Notes: generated by a model not told the origin, from the letters alone. A stretch of 64,000 nucleotides of DNA from Myxococcales bacterium (GCA_043747615.1 JAYTOU010000053.1:91923-155922); one strand, 5' to 3'; counted from the first letter of the stretch, positions 32,933-43,280 are shown. Program-made: numbers and translations.

Positions 32933-35284
32933 TCATTTTTTTCGCAGACTGATGGTCGCCTTCTCTTGGTTCATCTCCACGATCTGCAGGTTGTTCACGA
33001 GAGGGCCCACTTTGGGCGTTTCTGTCGGCGCCTGGCCCGCAGCGATGGCGCGAAGGAAGTACGGCGGAAGATTTCGGAAGAGAAGACGCGCTGTGACGCT
33101 CGCGTCTCCGCCATTCTTCGGGAGCGGAACGGAGTAGCGGAAGGTGCGGCTCTGACCGGCGACGATCTGACCGAGGGCCTGGTTGTCGCTCGGACGCACC
33201 CGCGCTACGGCGCCGCCTGCGATCGGTTGGAGGACCGACTCCTTCGCCTTGTCGGCTTGCGCGAGCTTCACTTCGCCGAACTCGTCGAGCACCTTGGTGC
33301 CGTTCGGCTCGCGCTGTGCCTCGATGTGCTCGACGAGCTTGGTCTGAAAGTTCACGAGCTGGGGATCGGACGTGGAGCACTTTTGAAGGTGTTTTTTCAG
33401 GGGATCGAAGGGGTCGTTCATCGTCGATGCGTCGCACAGATCGTCGGAGCTCGAGCCGAGCACGCCCGACGTGAAAAGCACCTCGCCATCGCTTGCCGCC
33501 ACCTTCACCTCGAGCCACATCTGCCGCGCGAACGCGAAACCGCTCGGGAGGTTGTGGCCCGCACCGGTGTTGGTGACCGAGATGGCGAAGGAGAACGTGC
33601 CGGCGGCGAATGTCGGCTCCGGGTCTACGTGGATGGTCGCGGCTCGCTTGAGCAATGCAGCACGCGCGCCTTTTTGCGGATCGCTCTTGGTCACCGTATC
33701 GAGCGGATAGTCGACGCCGACGAACGAGTGATCGTGCACCTGGCGCGGCGGCGCGTCGTAGTCCTGCTCGAACGGTACGGACGCCCCTTCTGCAACCCGC
33801 GTCGCTGCCATCACCGGCATGTGGCACGAAACGCAGCTGAATTTCCCACCCGCTGCGACGTAGCGTTCGAACTCGTCGTTCGTCTGCTGCAAGATGAGGT
33901 CTTCACCCTTGATGATCTTGCCGTCGGCGTTGAGGTCGAGGTTGACGTTGTGACAGTTTTTGCACAGCGTCTCCGGATTGAGGAAGAGGCTGGTCTGGAT
34001 GCTCTTGTGATACCCGTTGCCGACGGGGTCTTCGATGGGGCCAAAGTAGGTGCGCCCCGGCTTGAGATCGGCCTGCATCTTCGACGCGAGACCGCCGCCG
34101 CCAGAGAACGGTGTGCCGTCGTACTGGTGACAGCTCGTACAGCCGACGCCCTCCGGCTTGCGATCGTTGTCGAGCGGCAAGCTCGCCACCGTCGAGAGCG
34201 TGGCCGACACCGGCCCGTGACAATTGATGCAAATTCTAAGGGGATCCGGCGACGGTTGACCGAGGAGAGACGTTTTGATGTCCTGGTTATTCTGGGCGAT
34301 CGTGAGCGGGCTGGTGAGCGCGTGGGCGTGCATCGAGCCGGTCCACTGGTCGTAGATCGCCTTGTGGCAGGCCGCGCAGTCCTCGGGAGGAGCGAAGCCG
34401 CTGAGCGGGCCGGTGCTGAGGGTTCCTGCTGGTAGCGCCTTCAAGTGACCGTCGAACGCGCCGACGAGGTGTACCCCGAGGAGCACGATGAAGAGGAGCG
34501 TGAGAGGTACGTGAATGCGCCGCCATCCCTGGAGGAGACGCACGTAGCGCTCTTGGAGCACCACCCGACGAAGCGCGCGGTTCCGGCTCGCCGCGAGCTG
34601 TTGGATCTGCTCGATGTCCGCGCGATCGGATGCGGGCAGCGACGCGGCCGCGTGATGGAGAGCACCGAGATCCTCGGCCCGCGCGACGACGAGATCCTTC
34701 GCTCCGTGAAACTGCGCCGATTTGCCGGCGGCGATTTTCTCGACCTCCGTCAGCTGCTCCTGGGCCCGCTTGAGCGTTCCCATGCGGGAGTAATTTCCGA
34801 TCTTCGGCGCAGCCACCGGAGGCACGAAGCGGTACGCGAAGCGCCATAAGATGCCGGTCAAGGCGAGCAGCGCGAAGACGAAATAGAGCATTTTTCCGCT
34901 GGAAAACGGGCTTCCACTGAAGAGACCGAAGCCGCCGTGGAAGGTCGCCGCGATCATCGCGACGAGCCCGAGGTACACGTGCACCCAGAGCCACGTCATC
35001 ATCGTCGCCTTGCCGAACGGCATCTTCTCTTGGAGCGTTCGCTTTCGCGCGGAGTAGAGGAACGTGAGAAGCGCGAAGAGAATGGCCAGCGCGCCGAGGA
35101 AGATCCCGAAGCCCGTGTAGCCGCGGAGATTGTTGCCCCCCGCTGCAGGATCGACGTCGACCAGCTGGAGAACGACCACGAGCGCGATCGCGCTGAGGAC
35201 ACCGGCGACGAGGAGCGCCATGAGCAGCCACGGCCACTGGTGCTCGAGGAGCTTGGTCTTGCGGTGGATGGGAAGGCGAGTCAC
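32933..35284 (-). CDS. Membrane-anchored pentaheme cytochrome c fused to a heme-b-type TM domain
   Basis: 5 TM with His pairs WVH..FH and RIH..VH; CAACH, CINCH, CTSCH, CKNCH, CVSCH. Confidence 0.85.
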   Translation of the reverse strand: MTRLPIHRKTKLLEHQWPWLLMALLVAGVLSAIALVVVLQLVDVDPAAGGNNLRGYTGFGIFLGALAILFALLTFLYSARKRTLQEKMPFGKATMMTWLWVHVYLGLVAMIAATFHGGFGLFSGSPFSSGKMLYFVFALLALTGILWRFAYRFVPPVAAPKIGNYSRMGTLKRAQEQLTEVEKIAAGKSAQFHGAKDLVVARAEDLGALHHAAASLPASDRADIEQIQQLAASRNRALRRVVLQERYVRLLQGWRRIHVPLTLLFIVLLGVHLVGAFDGHLKALPAGTLSTGPLSGFAPPEDCAACHKAIYDQWTGSMHAHALTSPLTIAQNNQDIKTSLLGQPSPDPLRICINCHGPVSATLSTVASLPLDNDRKPEGVGCTSCHQYDGTPFSGGGGLASKMQADLKPGRTYFGPIEDPVGNGYHKSIQTSLFLNPETLCKNCHNVNLDLNADGKIIKGEDLILQQTNDEFERYVAAGGKFSCVSCHMPVMAATRVAEGASVPFEQDYDAPPRQVHDHSFVGVDYPLDTVTKSDPQKGARAALLKRAATIHVDPEPTFAAGTFSFAISVTNTGAGHNLPSGFAFARQMWLEVKVAASDGEVLFTSGVLGSSSDDLCDASTMNDPFDPLKKHLQKCSTSDPQLVNFQTKLVEHIEAQREPNGTKVLDEFGEVKLAQADKAKESVLQPIAGGAVARVRPSDNQALGQIVAGQSRTFRYSVPLPKNGGDASVTARLLFRNLPPYFLRAIAAGQAPTETPKVGPLVNNLQIVEMNQEKATISLRKK

Positions 35285-35294
35285 GGCCGGGCCT

Positions 35295-37064
35295 CTAGTG
35301 CTTCTTCATCTCGTGGAGGCCGAGCGCGGCCGCCGGATCGATACGAAAGGCGGCGCCGACGGGACAGGCTGTGACGCACGCGTAGTCGTCGAAGCCCGCG
35401 CACAGATCGCATTTCACCGCTTTGCGCTGCACCTTCGGCGACAGCTCGGCGAGCGCGCGATCCCGGGCGGCGGCACCACCGAGAAAATCCATGAGGTTGA
35501 AGAGGAAGCTCCGCTTTGGCGGCTCAACGGCGTGCATGCTGATGTTGCCGTACGGACATCGCTCGGCGCAGGCCCCGCAGCCGATGCAGTTGTCCTCCAC
35601 GATCGTGATCTCTCCACTCGGCAAACGGATGATCCCGTTCACGCTGCACAGCAGGCACACAGGATCGTCGCAGTGACGACAGGCCGTCGGGAACATGAGG
35701 TTCTCGACCTGCAGCCCGCGGAGCTGAAGGCGACTGTACTTGTGTCTCCGCGCGCAGGCATCGACGCAGTTGTTGCAGAAGGTGCACTGGGTCTGATCGA
35801 TCACCAAGACCTCGTGTCCCTTGGCGAGACCGGCGTCGACGAGCACGTCTTCGGAGAAGGCTTGGATCGTATTTGCCTGCCTTTTCCCGGGTGGCGGAAG
35901 GCCAAAGGCCGGAGAGCGCGCCGTGCGTTCCACCTCGAGTGCGCCGCTCATGAGGGCGCGGTGGGCGTCGGGATAGTGCTGGAGAACTTCGTGCATCGCT
36001 TTGCCGGAGACGCGGATGACCTCGGCGCGGCTGCTAGCCTGCACGCTGAAAAAATTTTGCCGCTCCCCCATGAGGAGCGCGAGCGCACCGAAGAGATCAC
36101 CCTCGCGGAAGTAAACGAGCACGCGCTCCCCTCCCCCTTCGAGCGCTCGACTGACCTTCAAGAAGCCGCTCCGCACGAGGTAGACGTCCTTCGGCATCTG
36201 CCCCTCCTTGCAGACGAACTCGCCGGCCTTGAGGAGCTTCAACTCCGCGTCGGCGAGAAGCTCTTCGATCGCCGGCTCGGGAAACCCGCCGAGCGCGGTG
36301 GGCTTCTTGGCGTACGTCCACAGAGCACGACGGCGGTACAGCTCGTCCATCGTGGCCGCGAACTCCGGCGACTGCGCGAGCACGCGGTTGACGGCGGCTT
36401 TTGGGAACTCGATGACCACCGACGGCAGCGTGGCGGTGACCGTGAAGGGCTCGGGCTGATCCGCCATGATCGCCATCTCCCCGAAAAAAGAGCCGGGGCC
36501 GAGCACGAGGATGCGGATCGGCATCGCACCGGGGACCATAGCCGTCTGCTCGAGCGCGCCGTGGAGGACCACGTAGAGGCGCTCGTGAAACTCTCCCTCG
36601 AGGCACAGGACTTCGCCGGGAAAGAGCTGGCGGAGGGTGACCTTGAGGAGCAGCCGGCGCACGTCGACCGTAGAAACGCCGCTGAAAAGAGGCAACTCGG
36701 TGAGCTGCTTGGCAAGACCATCGAGCGTCCACGGCGACGGCATCACCTGCCGTCCCACCTGAATGAGAAGCAGATGATCGGGGACGACGTCCTCCACCTT
36801 CATCTTGTTGAAGAGGACCATGTCTGCGCGGCTCAAGTCCGCGGGGCACGCCGGGACACACTGCCGACACTGGGTGCACGCGGTCACGAAGGACACCACG
36901 TTCGGGCTGGTGAGGAACGACTGGTGCACCGCCGCGTTGAGCTCGGCGATCGATACCGTCTTCGCCTCCGGAAGCGGACAGGCGAGCATGCAGTCGTTGC
37001 AGCCGATGCAGGCCATCACCTCCGCTTCTACTTTTTCCGTCAGAGGCGACTTCTCTTCGTTCAC
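35295..37064 (-). CDS. Polyferredoxin with two cNMP-binding domains (2x4Fe-4S / CNBD / CNBD / DmsB-like 4x4Fe-4S)
   Basis: CIGCNDCMLACP, CTQCRQCVPACP; FGEMAI, FGALAL; CTFCNNCVDAC, CRHCDDPVC, CIGCGACAERCP, CDLC..ACVTACP; GTGA overlap. Confidence 0.88.
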   Translation of the reverse strand: MNEEKSPLTEKVEAEVMACIGCNDCMLACPLPEAKTVSIAELNAAVHQSFLTSPNVVSFVTACTQCRQCVPACPADLSRADMVLFNKMKVEDVVPDHLLLIQVGRQVMPSPWTLDGLAKQLTELPLFSGVSTVDVRRLLLKVTLRQLFPGEVLCLEGEFHERLYVVLHGALEQTAMVPGAMPIRILVLGPGSFFGEMAIMADQPEPFTVTATLPSVVIEFPKAAVNRVLAQSPEFAATMDELYRRRALWTYAKKPTALGGFPEPAIEELLADAELKLLKAGEFVCKEGQMPKDVYLVRSGFLKVSRALEGGGERVLVYFREGDLFGALALLMGERQNFFSVQASSRAEVIRVSGKAMHEVLQHYPDAHRALMSGALEVERTARSPAFGLPPPGKRQANTIQAFSEDVLVDAGLAKGHEVLVIDQTQCTFCNNCVDACARRHKYSRLQLRGLQVENLMFPTACRHCDDPVCLLCSVNGIIRLPSGEITIVEDNCIGCGACAERCPYGNISMHAVEPPKRSFLFNLMDFLGGAAARDRALAELSPKVQRKAVKCDLCAGFDDYACVTACPVGAAFRIDPAAALGLHEMKKH

Positions 37065-39655
37065 TGCTCCTCCTCGAAGATCATCATCACGTGCCGCCCC
37101 ATGGCGATCGTGTCCCCCGTGACGAGGCGAGCCGGTTGATGGAGCGCCTGCCCCTGACGCCAGCTCCCGAGCTGCGAGCCTAGATCGCGAACGTAGTAAC
37201 CATCGGCTCGTCTGTAGATTTCCACGTGCTGCGGCGCGATCATCGGGTCTGCGAGGAGCACGTGGCAAGCCCCGGGCTGCGCGCCGACGATCGAAATTTC
37301 GCCGAGCTCGAAGGCGCGACCCTGCGCCGAGCCACTTCGCACGACCACCCGCGCGCGTTTCGGCGGACGAACGGACACGGCGCGCGGCTCACCGGGCGAA
37401 GAGAGCGACGCCGGCGAGTGAATGGACCCGATGCGAACCGGGTGGTTCGAGAACGCGAGCACCGCTCCCCCAAGCTCGATTACGTCGCCGTCGGAGATCG
37501 CGACCTCTTGCCCATGGCCGAGGCGCGTCCCGTTTTTCTTGGTGCCCGATGCGCTCTGCAGGTCGGCGTTCCACCACTGCCCATTCACTTCACGGAGAGA
37601 CGCGTGGCGCGCGGCAACTGAGTAGTCGTCGAGACGAATCGTGGCCTGTTGATCGCGACCGATGATCACCGGCGACTGCGCGAGAGCGAAGTGAAGACCG
37701 AGCGATTGACCAACGCGCACTTCCAGGTGAGGCCGTCGGGCGCCTTCCTCCTCGCTGATCGGAGCTTGGGTGATCTGCGCCGCCCCTTCGATGCGGAAGA
37801 CGAAGTCGGTGCTGCCGAGGCGGATCTTGTCGCCCGGACGAAGCTTGAACGGCACGTTCACGGCAACGCCGTTCACCCACGTGCCGATGCGGCTGCCGAG
37901 ATCGCGCACGTAGTGATCTTTGCCGTGACGCGAGATCTGGGCGTGCACGTGGCCCACGTTCGGATCCTGGATGGTGATGCTCGCGCCGGGATCGCGCCCG
38001 ATGGTTACCTCGACCGCACTGAGCTCCCAGCGATGCCCCTGCGACTCGAGGTACGCGGGCGCCATGCCCCCACCGGGAGAGACGGCTATTTGCATCCCAC
38101 GAGCGTCGGCAACGGCCGCGGACACCGCCGTTCCCGAGCGTCCACGCTGCGGCGCGGCTCCCATCGTGGCCGCCATGGCTGCGAGCGCTGCGGGATCCAT
38201 CGAGGGAACGAGCTGGGTCCCCTTCATCTTTGCGAGCGCGGGCAGCGCGGGATGCCCGGCGGGGGGAAGCACGGCCGAGGCGATCCCGATCTGCGGGAGC
38301 GGAGGCATTGCCGCCATGTTGAGGACGTGGGTTCCTTTCATGATCCCGACCGCCTGGATCCCTACGGTTCCGCGCCCCTGCTTCGGCTTCTCGGTGAGAA
38401 CGTTCGTCTGCATCCAACCGTTCAGATCGAAGGTGGGGTCGAGGAGCGACGTGCGGACGTCTTTGATGTCCACGGCGTCGTCGATCAGGCGCTTGAAGAG
38501 CCGGCCGCGCTGACGAACCCGCTCTTCGCGCTCTCCGAGCATGAGGGCGCCAACGAGCTTTCCTTCTTTGATGAGGAGCTTGCGGTAAGAGATTCTCCCT
38601 GTATTTTTAGGGTAATCGATGAGCTCCTCGACCGTCGGACCCGGGCGCATCCCGCCGAGGCTGCAGAAATCGAGGTCGAAGAGGCGGGTGGCAAAGTAGT
38701 GCACGCCCGGCGCGAACGCGTCGACGCCGCCGGTCATCGATGCGGCGGCAACGCGGCCCTGGAGACGCGCAGGCTCCCAGAGCTGAAAGACCTTTCCGTT
38801 GAGCTCGGCGACGTCCCCCGCAGCGAAGATATTTTTCACCGAGGTGCGCATCGCCTTGTCGATGATCACGCCGGAGGTCGTGCCGAGCTGGAGGCCACCC
38901 TGGAGAAACTCCGTGTTGCAGATGACGCCTATGGCGCACCCGACGAGCTCACACGCGATCGTCTCGCCCTGCGTGGTCTGCACGGCGGCGACGCGACCAT
39001 CGCGGCCTGGCATTGCGGCGCGAAGCTCCGTTCCCACCCGGACCTCGACCCCGGCGTGGCGAAGGCGCGCGAGCAAGAGATCGCTCGCCACTTCATCCAT
39101 CGCACCCGGCAAGAACCGCTGATCGCGCATGATGATCGTGCAGTGCACGCCGCGGGTGTGAAGACCGTGTGCCCACTCAAGACCGAGAGGACCTCCGCCG
39201 ATCACCGTCGCGTGACGAAGACCGTGCAGCCTGATGAGGTCGAGCACGCTACGAACGTCCTGCAGCGTCCGCATCGTCATGATGCCGGGTAGGAAGCACC
39301 CTTCGAACGTCGGTGGACGCGCGCGGGAGCCGGCGGCGATCAAGAGTGCGTCGTAAGGCTCGGCGCGGCCACCGCTCGCGAGCCACAGCTCGGACTTGGC
39401 CGTGTCGACATGAGCCACGCGCGCGAGGACGCGGTTGACCTGTGTGTCATTGTAAAAGGAGGCCGGAACCGCCCAAATCTGTTCTTCGCGTAGCTCCCCG
39501 AGGAGGTAGTTCGTAAGCGCGGCGCGAAAGTACGCGGGGTTCGGATCGTCCGAGTAGATGGCGATCAACGCGTCGGCGTCTGCCTTTCGTACGTACTGCG
39601 CCGCAGTAGTACCGGCGGCACCATCGCCGATGATCAGATACCGTTTCCGCGACAT
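37061..39655 (-). CDS. FAD/NAD(P)H pyridine nucleotide oxidoreductase (NirB/rubredoxin reductase-like) fused to three FHA domains
   Basis: IIGDGAAG, VIGGGPLGLE, TSVKNIFAAGDVA; FHA repeats TIGRD..DLGS, IIGRD..DLQS, IVGAQ..DLGS. Confidence 0.88.
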   Translation of the reverse strand: MSRKRYLIIGDGAAGTTAAQYVRKADADALIAIYSDDPNPAYFRAALTNYLLGELREEQIWAVPASFYNDTQVNRVLARVAHVDTAKSELWLASGGRAEPYDALLIAAGSRARPPTFEGCFLPGIMTMRTLQDVRSVLDLIRLHGLRHATVIGGGPLGLEWAHGLHTRGVHCTIIMRDQRFLPGAMDEVASDLLLARLRHAGVEVRVGTELRAAMPGRDGRVAAVQTTQGETIACELVGCAIGVICNTEFLQGGLQLGTTSGVIIDKAMRTSVKNIFAAGDVAELNGKVFQLWEPARLQGRVAAASMTGGVDAFAPGVHYFATRLFDLDFCSLGGMRPGPTVEELIDYPKNTGRISYRKLLIKEGKLVGALMLGEREERVRQRGRLFKRLIDDAVDIKDVRTSLLDPTFDLNGWMQTNVLTEKPKQGRGTVGIQAVGIMKGTHVLNMAAMPPLPQIGIASAVLPPAGHPALPALAKMKGTQLVPSMDPAALAAMAATMGAAPQRGRSGTAVSAAVADARGMQIAVSPGGGMAPAYLESQGHRWELSAVEVTIGRDPGASITIQDPNVGHVHAQISRHGKDHYVRDLGSRIGTWVNGVAVNVPFKLRPGDKIRLGSTDFVFRIEGAAQITQAPISEEEGARRPHLEVRVGQSLGLHFALAQSPVIIGRDQQATIRLDDYSVAARHASLREVNGQWWNADLQSASGTKKNGTRLGHGQEVAISDGDVIELGGAVLAFSNHPVRIGSIHSPASLSSPGEPRAVSVRPPKRARVVVRSGSAQGRAFELGEISIVGAQPGACHVLLADPMIAPQHVEIYRRADGYYVRDLGSQLGSWRQGQALHQPARLVTGDTIAMGRHVMMIFEEEQ

Positions 39656-39676
39656 CGACCCTGGAGTCTACGCGGT

Positions 39677-40246
39677 CTAGTCGACTTTCGACAGGCTGTG
39701 GCGCGGGACGGATGGTGTCAGTTCGCGGGCCCAATAGGAGATGGCCGCTAGGCCCCCGGCGATCGCCGTGACGATGAGCGCGACCTCGAGAAAAGGGCCG
39801 TGCATGAGCGCGATGGCGACGCTCGCGAACTGGAACGCGGTCGCGATTTTTCCGGGCACGTTGGCCTTCGCTTCGCTGGCGCGGGCGCGGCGCGCAGCAC
39901 GGCTCACGGCAAACCAGATCACGAGAGGAAGCTCTCCGATCTCGCGCACCGACAGGAGCACGACGCCCAAGAGTGAGAGCCACCCGTGCGCGAAGAGGGT
40001 GAAGACCACCGAGGTGACGAAGATCTTGTCGGTGATCGGATCGAGCGCGGCGCCCGTCGGCGTGGCTTGCCCGAACTTGCGAGCGAACCAGCCGTCGAGA
40101 ACGTCCGATACGCCGGCAAGGACGAGAACGACGAGCGCCCACGAGGGCCGGGCGACCGCGAAGGGAAATGCGACGGCGAGCGGCACCCGCAGAAGGCTGA
40201 GCAGCCCCGGAACGAGCAAGGCGTCTTTAGCGCGGTAGTGCCCCAT
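39677..40246 (-). CDS. CDP-alcohol phosphatidyltransferase (PgsA family)
   Basis: SDVLDGWFAR...GAALDPITDK signature. Confidence 0.9.
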   Translation of the reverse strand: MGHYRAKDALLVPGLLSLLRVPLAVAFPFAVARPSWALVVLVLAGVSDVLDGWFARKFGQATPTGAALDPITDKIFVTSVVFTLFAHGWLSLLGVVLLSVREIGELPLVIWFAVSRAARRARASEAKANVPGKIATAFQFASVAIALMHGPFLEVALIVTAIAGGLAAISYWARELTPSVPRHSLSKVD

Positions 40247-40359
40247 TTGGTGGGAACCTAAGTCGACCTTGGGGCCCCGTGAAGAGGGCCCTCCTCTCCG
40301 CGTTTGCTTCAGCTGAACTTTGCGAATTCGCCGCCGCCGAATCGGCGTAGCCTGCGCGC

Positions 40360-41754
40360 ATGCAAAGATGGACCTTCTGCGCAGGACTGGCGCTGGTACT
40401 TTTCTCTTCCTCGCCCGCGCGCGCGCAGGGCGGCGGCGACGTGAGCATACCGTTCACGGCGTCGAAGCTGCCGAACGGGATGACCGTCATCTTTCACGAG
40501 GAGCACACCACGCCCATCGTGGTGGTCAACGTGACCTACCGCGTGGGCTCACGCTTCGAGACGACGCAGCGCACTGGGTTCGCGCACCTCTTCGAGCACC
40601 TGATGTTCATGGGAACGCGCCGCGCTCCCACGAAAATGTTCGATGCCTGGATGGAAGCCGCGGGGGGCTGGAACAACGCGTGGACCAGCGAGGATCGCAC
40701 CGACTACTACGACGTCGCGCCGCCCACCGCGCTTGGGCTCCTCTTGTGGCTCGAGGCCGATCGCCTGCGCGATCTCGGCCCGCTCATGACGCTCGACAAG
40801 TTGAACGCCCAGCGCGACGTCGTGCGAAACGAGCGCCGCCAATCCACGGAGAATCAGCCGTACGGGAAGGTCGAGCTCCGCCTCCCTGAGCTGCTCTATC
40901 CCGTGACGCACCCGTACCACCACCCGGTGATCGGCTCGCACGAGGATCTCGAGGCGGCGAACGTCGAGGACGTGAAACAATTCTTTCAGAGCTGGTACGA
41001 CCCGGCCAATGCGTCGCTCGTCGTTGCCGGCGATTTCGACGCCGCGGCAGCCAAGAAAGCGGTCGATGCATCCTTCGCCTCCATTCCGACCCACGGCGCT
41101 CCGAAGGACCCGGGAGCCGTTGGCTTCGATCCGACAGGCGCGACGACGACCATGACCGCCGTGGTGCGCGAGACCATCGAGGACAACGTGGAGCTCTCGA
41201 AGGTAGTGATGGCGTGGCAGTCGCCGAAACATTTTGCGCCCGGTGACGCGGAGCTAGACCTCCTGTCGTCGGCGCTGGTCAACGGGAAGGCCAGCCGGCT
41301 CTACCAGTCTCTCGTCTACGAGCAGAAGCTCGCGCAAGAAGTGGAGACAAGCCAGCAGTCAGGCACGATCGGCTCGCGTTTCGTCATTGGGGTCATTGCC
41401 CGACCGGGAGTTCCGCTCGCCAAGCTCGAGGCCGCCATCGACGCGGAGCTCGCCAAGGTGCGGACGAAGCCGCTGGCCTCCGAAGAGCTGACCCGCGCGA
41501 AGAACGTGATCGAGTCCGGCTTCGTGCGAAGGCTGGAGAGCGTGCGCGAGCGGGCGTCGCTCCTCAATATGTACCAGGCCGAGCTCGGGGACCCGGGCTA
41601 CGCGCAGCGCGACCTCGATCGCTACCGGCAGGCAACGAGCGAAGGCATCCGTGCCATCGCGGCCAAGGTCCTCGATCCAAATGCACGGGTGATCATTCGC
41701 GTCGTTCCCAAGGTCGTTGCAAAGACCGACTCGAAGAAAGTGGGGGCGAAGTGA
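40360..41754 (+). CDS. M16 zinc peptidase, catalytic subunit
   Basis: Signal peptide; GFAHLFEHLMF (HxxEH), NAWTSEDRTDY. Confidence 0.93.
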   Translation: MQRWTFCAGLALVLFSSSPARAQGGGDVSIPFTASKLPNGMTVIFHEEHTTPIVVVNVTYRVGSRFETTQRTGFAHLFEHLMFMGTRRAPTKMFDAWMEAAGGWNNAWTSEDRTDYYDVAPPTALGLLLWLEADRLRDLGPLMTLDKLNAQRDVVRNERRQSTENQPYGKVELRLPELLYPVTHPYHHPVIGSHEDLEAANVEDVKQFFQSWYDPANASLVVAGDFDAAAAKKAVDASFASIPTHGAPKDPGAVGFDPTGATTTMTAVVRETIEDNVELSKVVMAWQSPKHFAPGDAELDLLSSALVNGKASRLYQSLVYEQKLAQEVETSQQSGTIGSRFVIGVIARPGVPLAKLEAAIDAELAKVRTKPLASEELTRAKNVIESGFVRRLESVRERASLLNMYQAELGDPGYAQRDLDRYRQATSEGIRAIAAKVLDPNARVIIRVVPKVVAKTDSKKVGAK

Positions 41755-43280
41755 TGCTCTTCAAGCGCGGAAAGTGTCTATTTTTCTCGGGGATCATCAC
41801 GGCGTGTTTCGTCGGATGCGGCGGATCGAGTCCGTCTCCCGCGCCGGCGCCGCGTCCCGTCGCACCCGTCGCCGCCGTTACTCAGCCCACCGCTTCGCCG
41901 GCGGATCCGCTCGGACCGAAGCCCGAGGTGCTCCTGCCGTCGCCGTACATTCCGCCCGCGCCAATCGTGTACACGAGCGCGAACGGTCTCACGGTGTGGC
42001 TCGTCGAGCGCCACGCTCTTCCCGTCGTCTCGTTCACCATGGTCATCCCCAACGGATCGGCAAATGATCCGAAGGGCGCTGGGGGCCTCGCGTTTGCGAC
42101 GGCGGGCATGCTCGACGAAGGGGCAGGCAAGCTTGGCGCGCTCGAGCTGGCGAGGGCGGTCGATACACTCGGTGCCACGTTGCGCACGGCCGCAGCGATG
42201 GACTTCAGCTCTGCGTCTCTCACCGTCCTCAAGCGCAACCTCACGCCGGCCTTCGCCCTCTTCGGCGACGTCGTGGCACGGCCGCGCTTCGATGCGAGCG
42301 AGTGGAAGCGTGTCCACGACCTCTGGCAAAACGATCTCAAAGCCCGGGCGAGCGAGCCAGATGCGGTCTCGGCGGTCGTCTCGCTCGCTGCGCTCTACGG
42401 CGCCGAGCACCCGTACGGCCACCCCACGGATGGAACCATCGCGTCCTCCAGCAAGGTCCAGCTGAAGGACGTGAAGAGCTTCTACGCGAGCGCGTGGCGC
42501 CCCGAGCGCGCAACGCTCGTCGTCGTGGGAGACGTGAACCGCGCAGAGCTCGAGCCGCTCCTCGCCTCGGCGTTCACGTCGTGGAAGCCTTCCCCTTCCG
42601 CTCCGCCGGCGATCGTGACACCGCCCGCGCCGGCCGGTCCTCTACCGCGCTTGGTGATGGTCGATCGTCCGGACGCTCCGCAGTCTGTGCTCGCGTTCGT
42701 AAAGCTCGGCGTCGCCGCAAGCGATCCTCAAGCGCCGCCGCTCGCACGTGTGAACGGCGCGCTTGGTGGAAGCTTCACCTCACGATTGAACCAGGACCTG
42801 CGCGAGGAGCATGGGTGGAGCTACGGCGCGCACTCGCGCCTCACGTTCACGCGCGGGGCGGGCTCGCTCATCGCGTCGGCCGCGGTTCACATCGAAAAAA
42901 CGGGGGAAGCCTTGCAAGCAATGCTCGCCGATATTGCCGAGTACTCCAAGGCGGGGCCTACGGCGGAAGAGGCGCAAAAAACGCGGCTGCAGTCTCGCTC
43001 AGAGCTCGTCGAGATGTTCGAGCAAGTCGACACCTGCGCTCTTCGTCTGGCGCGCGACGCCGCGCTCGGGCTCGGCGCGGATTACGAAGCCAAGGCGAGC
43101 GTCCGGCGGGACACGGCCACGAAAGAGGAGCTCGCCAAGCTCGCGGCCACCGTGTTTTCTCCCGCGGGCAGCGTGCTCGTCATCGTGGGGCCACGCGCGA
43201 AGCTCGCTCCCATTCTCTCCAAGCTCGGGTTTGCGGCGCCTGAGATGCGCGACGCCGAAGGAGAACGCGTCCTGAAGTGA
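41751..43280 (+). CDS. M16 peptidase, non-catalytic partner subunit (lipoprotein)
   Basis: NGLTVWLVE, MLDEG, LGGSFTSRLNQDLREEHGWSYG; no HxxEH. Confidence 0.9.
   Translation: MMLFKRGKCLFFSGIITACFVGCGGSSPSPAPAPRPVAPVAAVTQPTASPADPLGPKPEVLLPSPYIPPAPIVYTSANGLTVWLVERHALPVVSFTMVIPNGSANDPKGAGGLAFATAGMLDEGAGKLGALELARAVDTLGATLRTAAAMDFSSASLTVLKRNLTPAFALFGDVVARPRFDASEWKRVHDLWQNDLKARASEPDAVSAVVSLAALYGAEHPYGHPTDGTIASSSKVQLKDVKSFYASAWRPERATLVVVGDVNRAELEPLLASAFTSWKPSPSAPPAIVTPPAPAGPLPRLVMVDRPDAPQSVLAFVKLGVAASDPQAPPLARVNGALGGSFTSRLNQDLREEHGWSYGAHSRLTFTRGAGSLIASAAVHIEKTGEALQAMLADIAEYSKAGPTAEEAQKTRLQSRSELVEMFEQVDTCALRLARDAALGLGADYEAKASVRRDTATKEELAKLAATVFSPAGSVLVIVGPRAKLAPILSKLGFAAPEMRDAEGERVLK

Noticed and set aside
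37061..39655. Calling this gene nitrite reductase nirB
   Set aside because: Only the FAD/NAD(P)H module is present; no BFD 2Fe-2S or siroheme domains and no nirD
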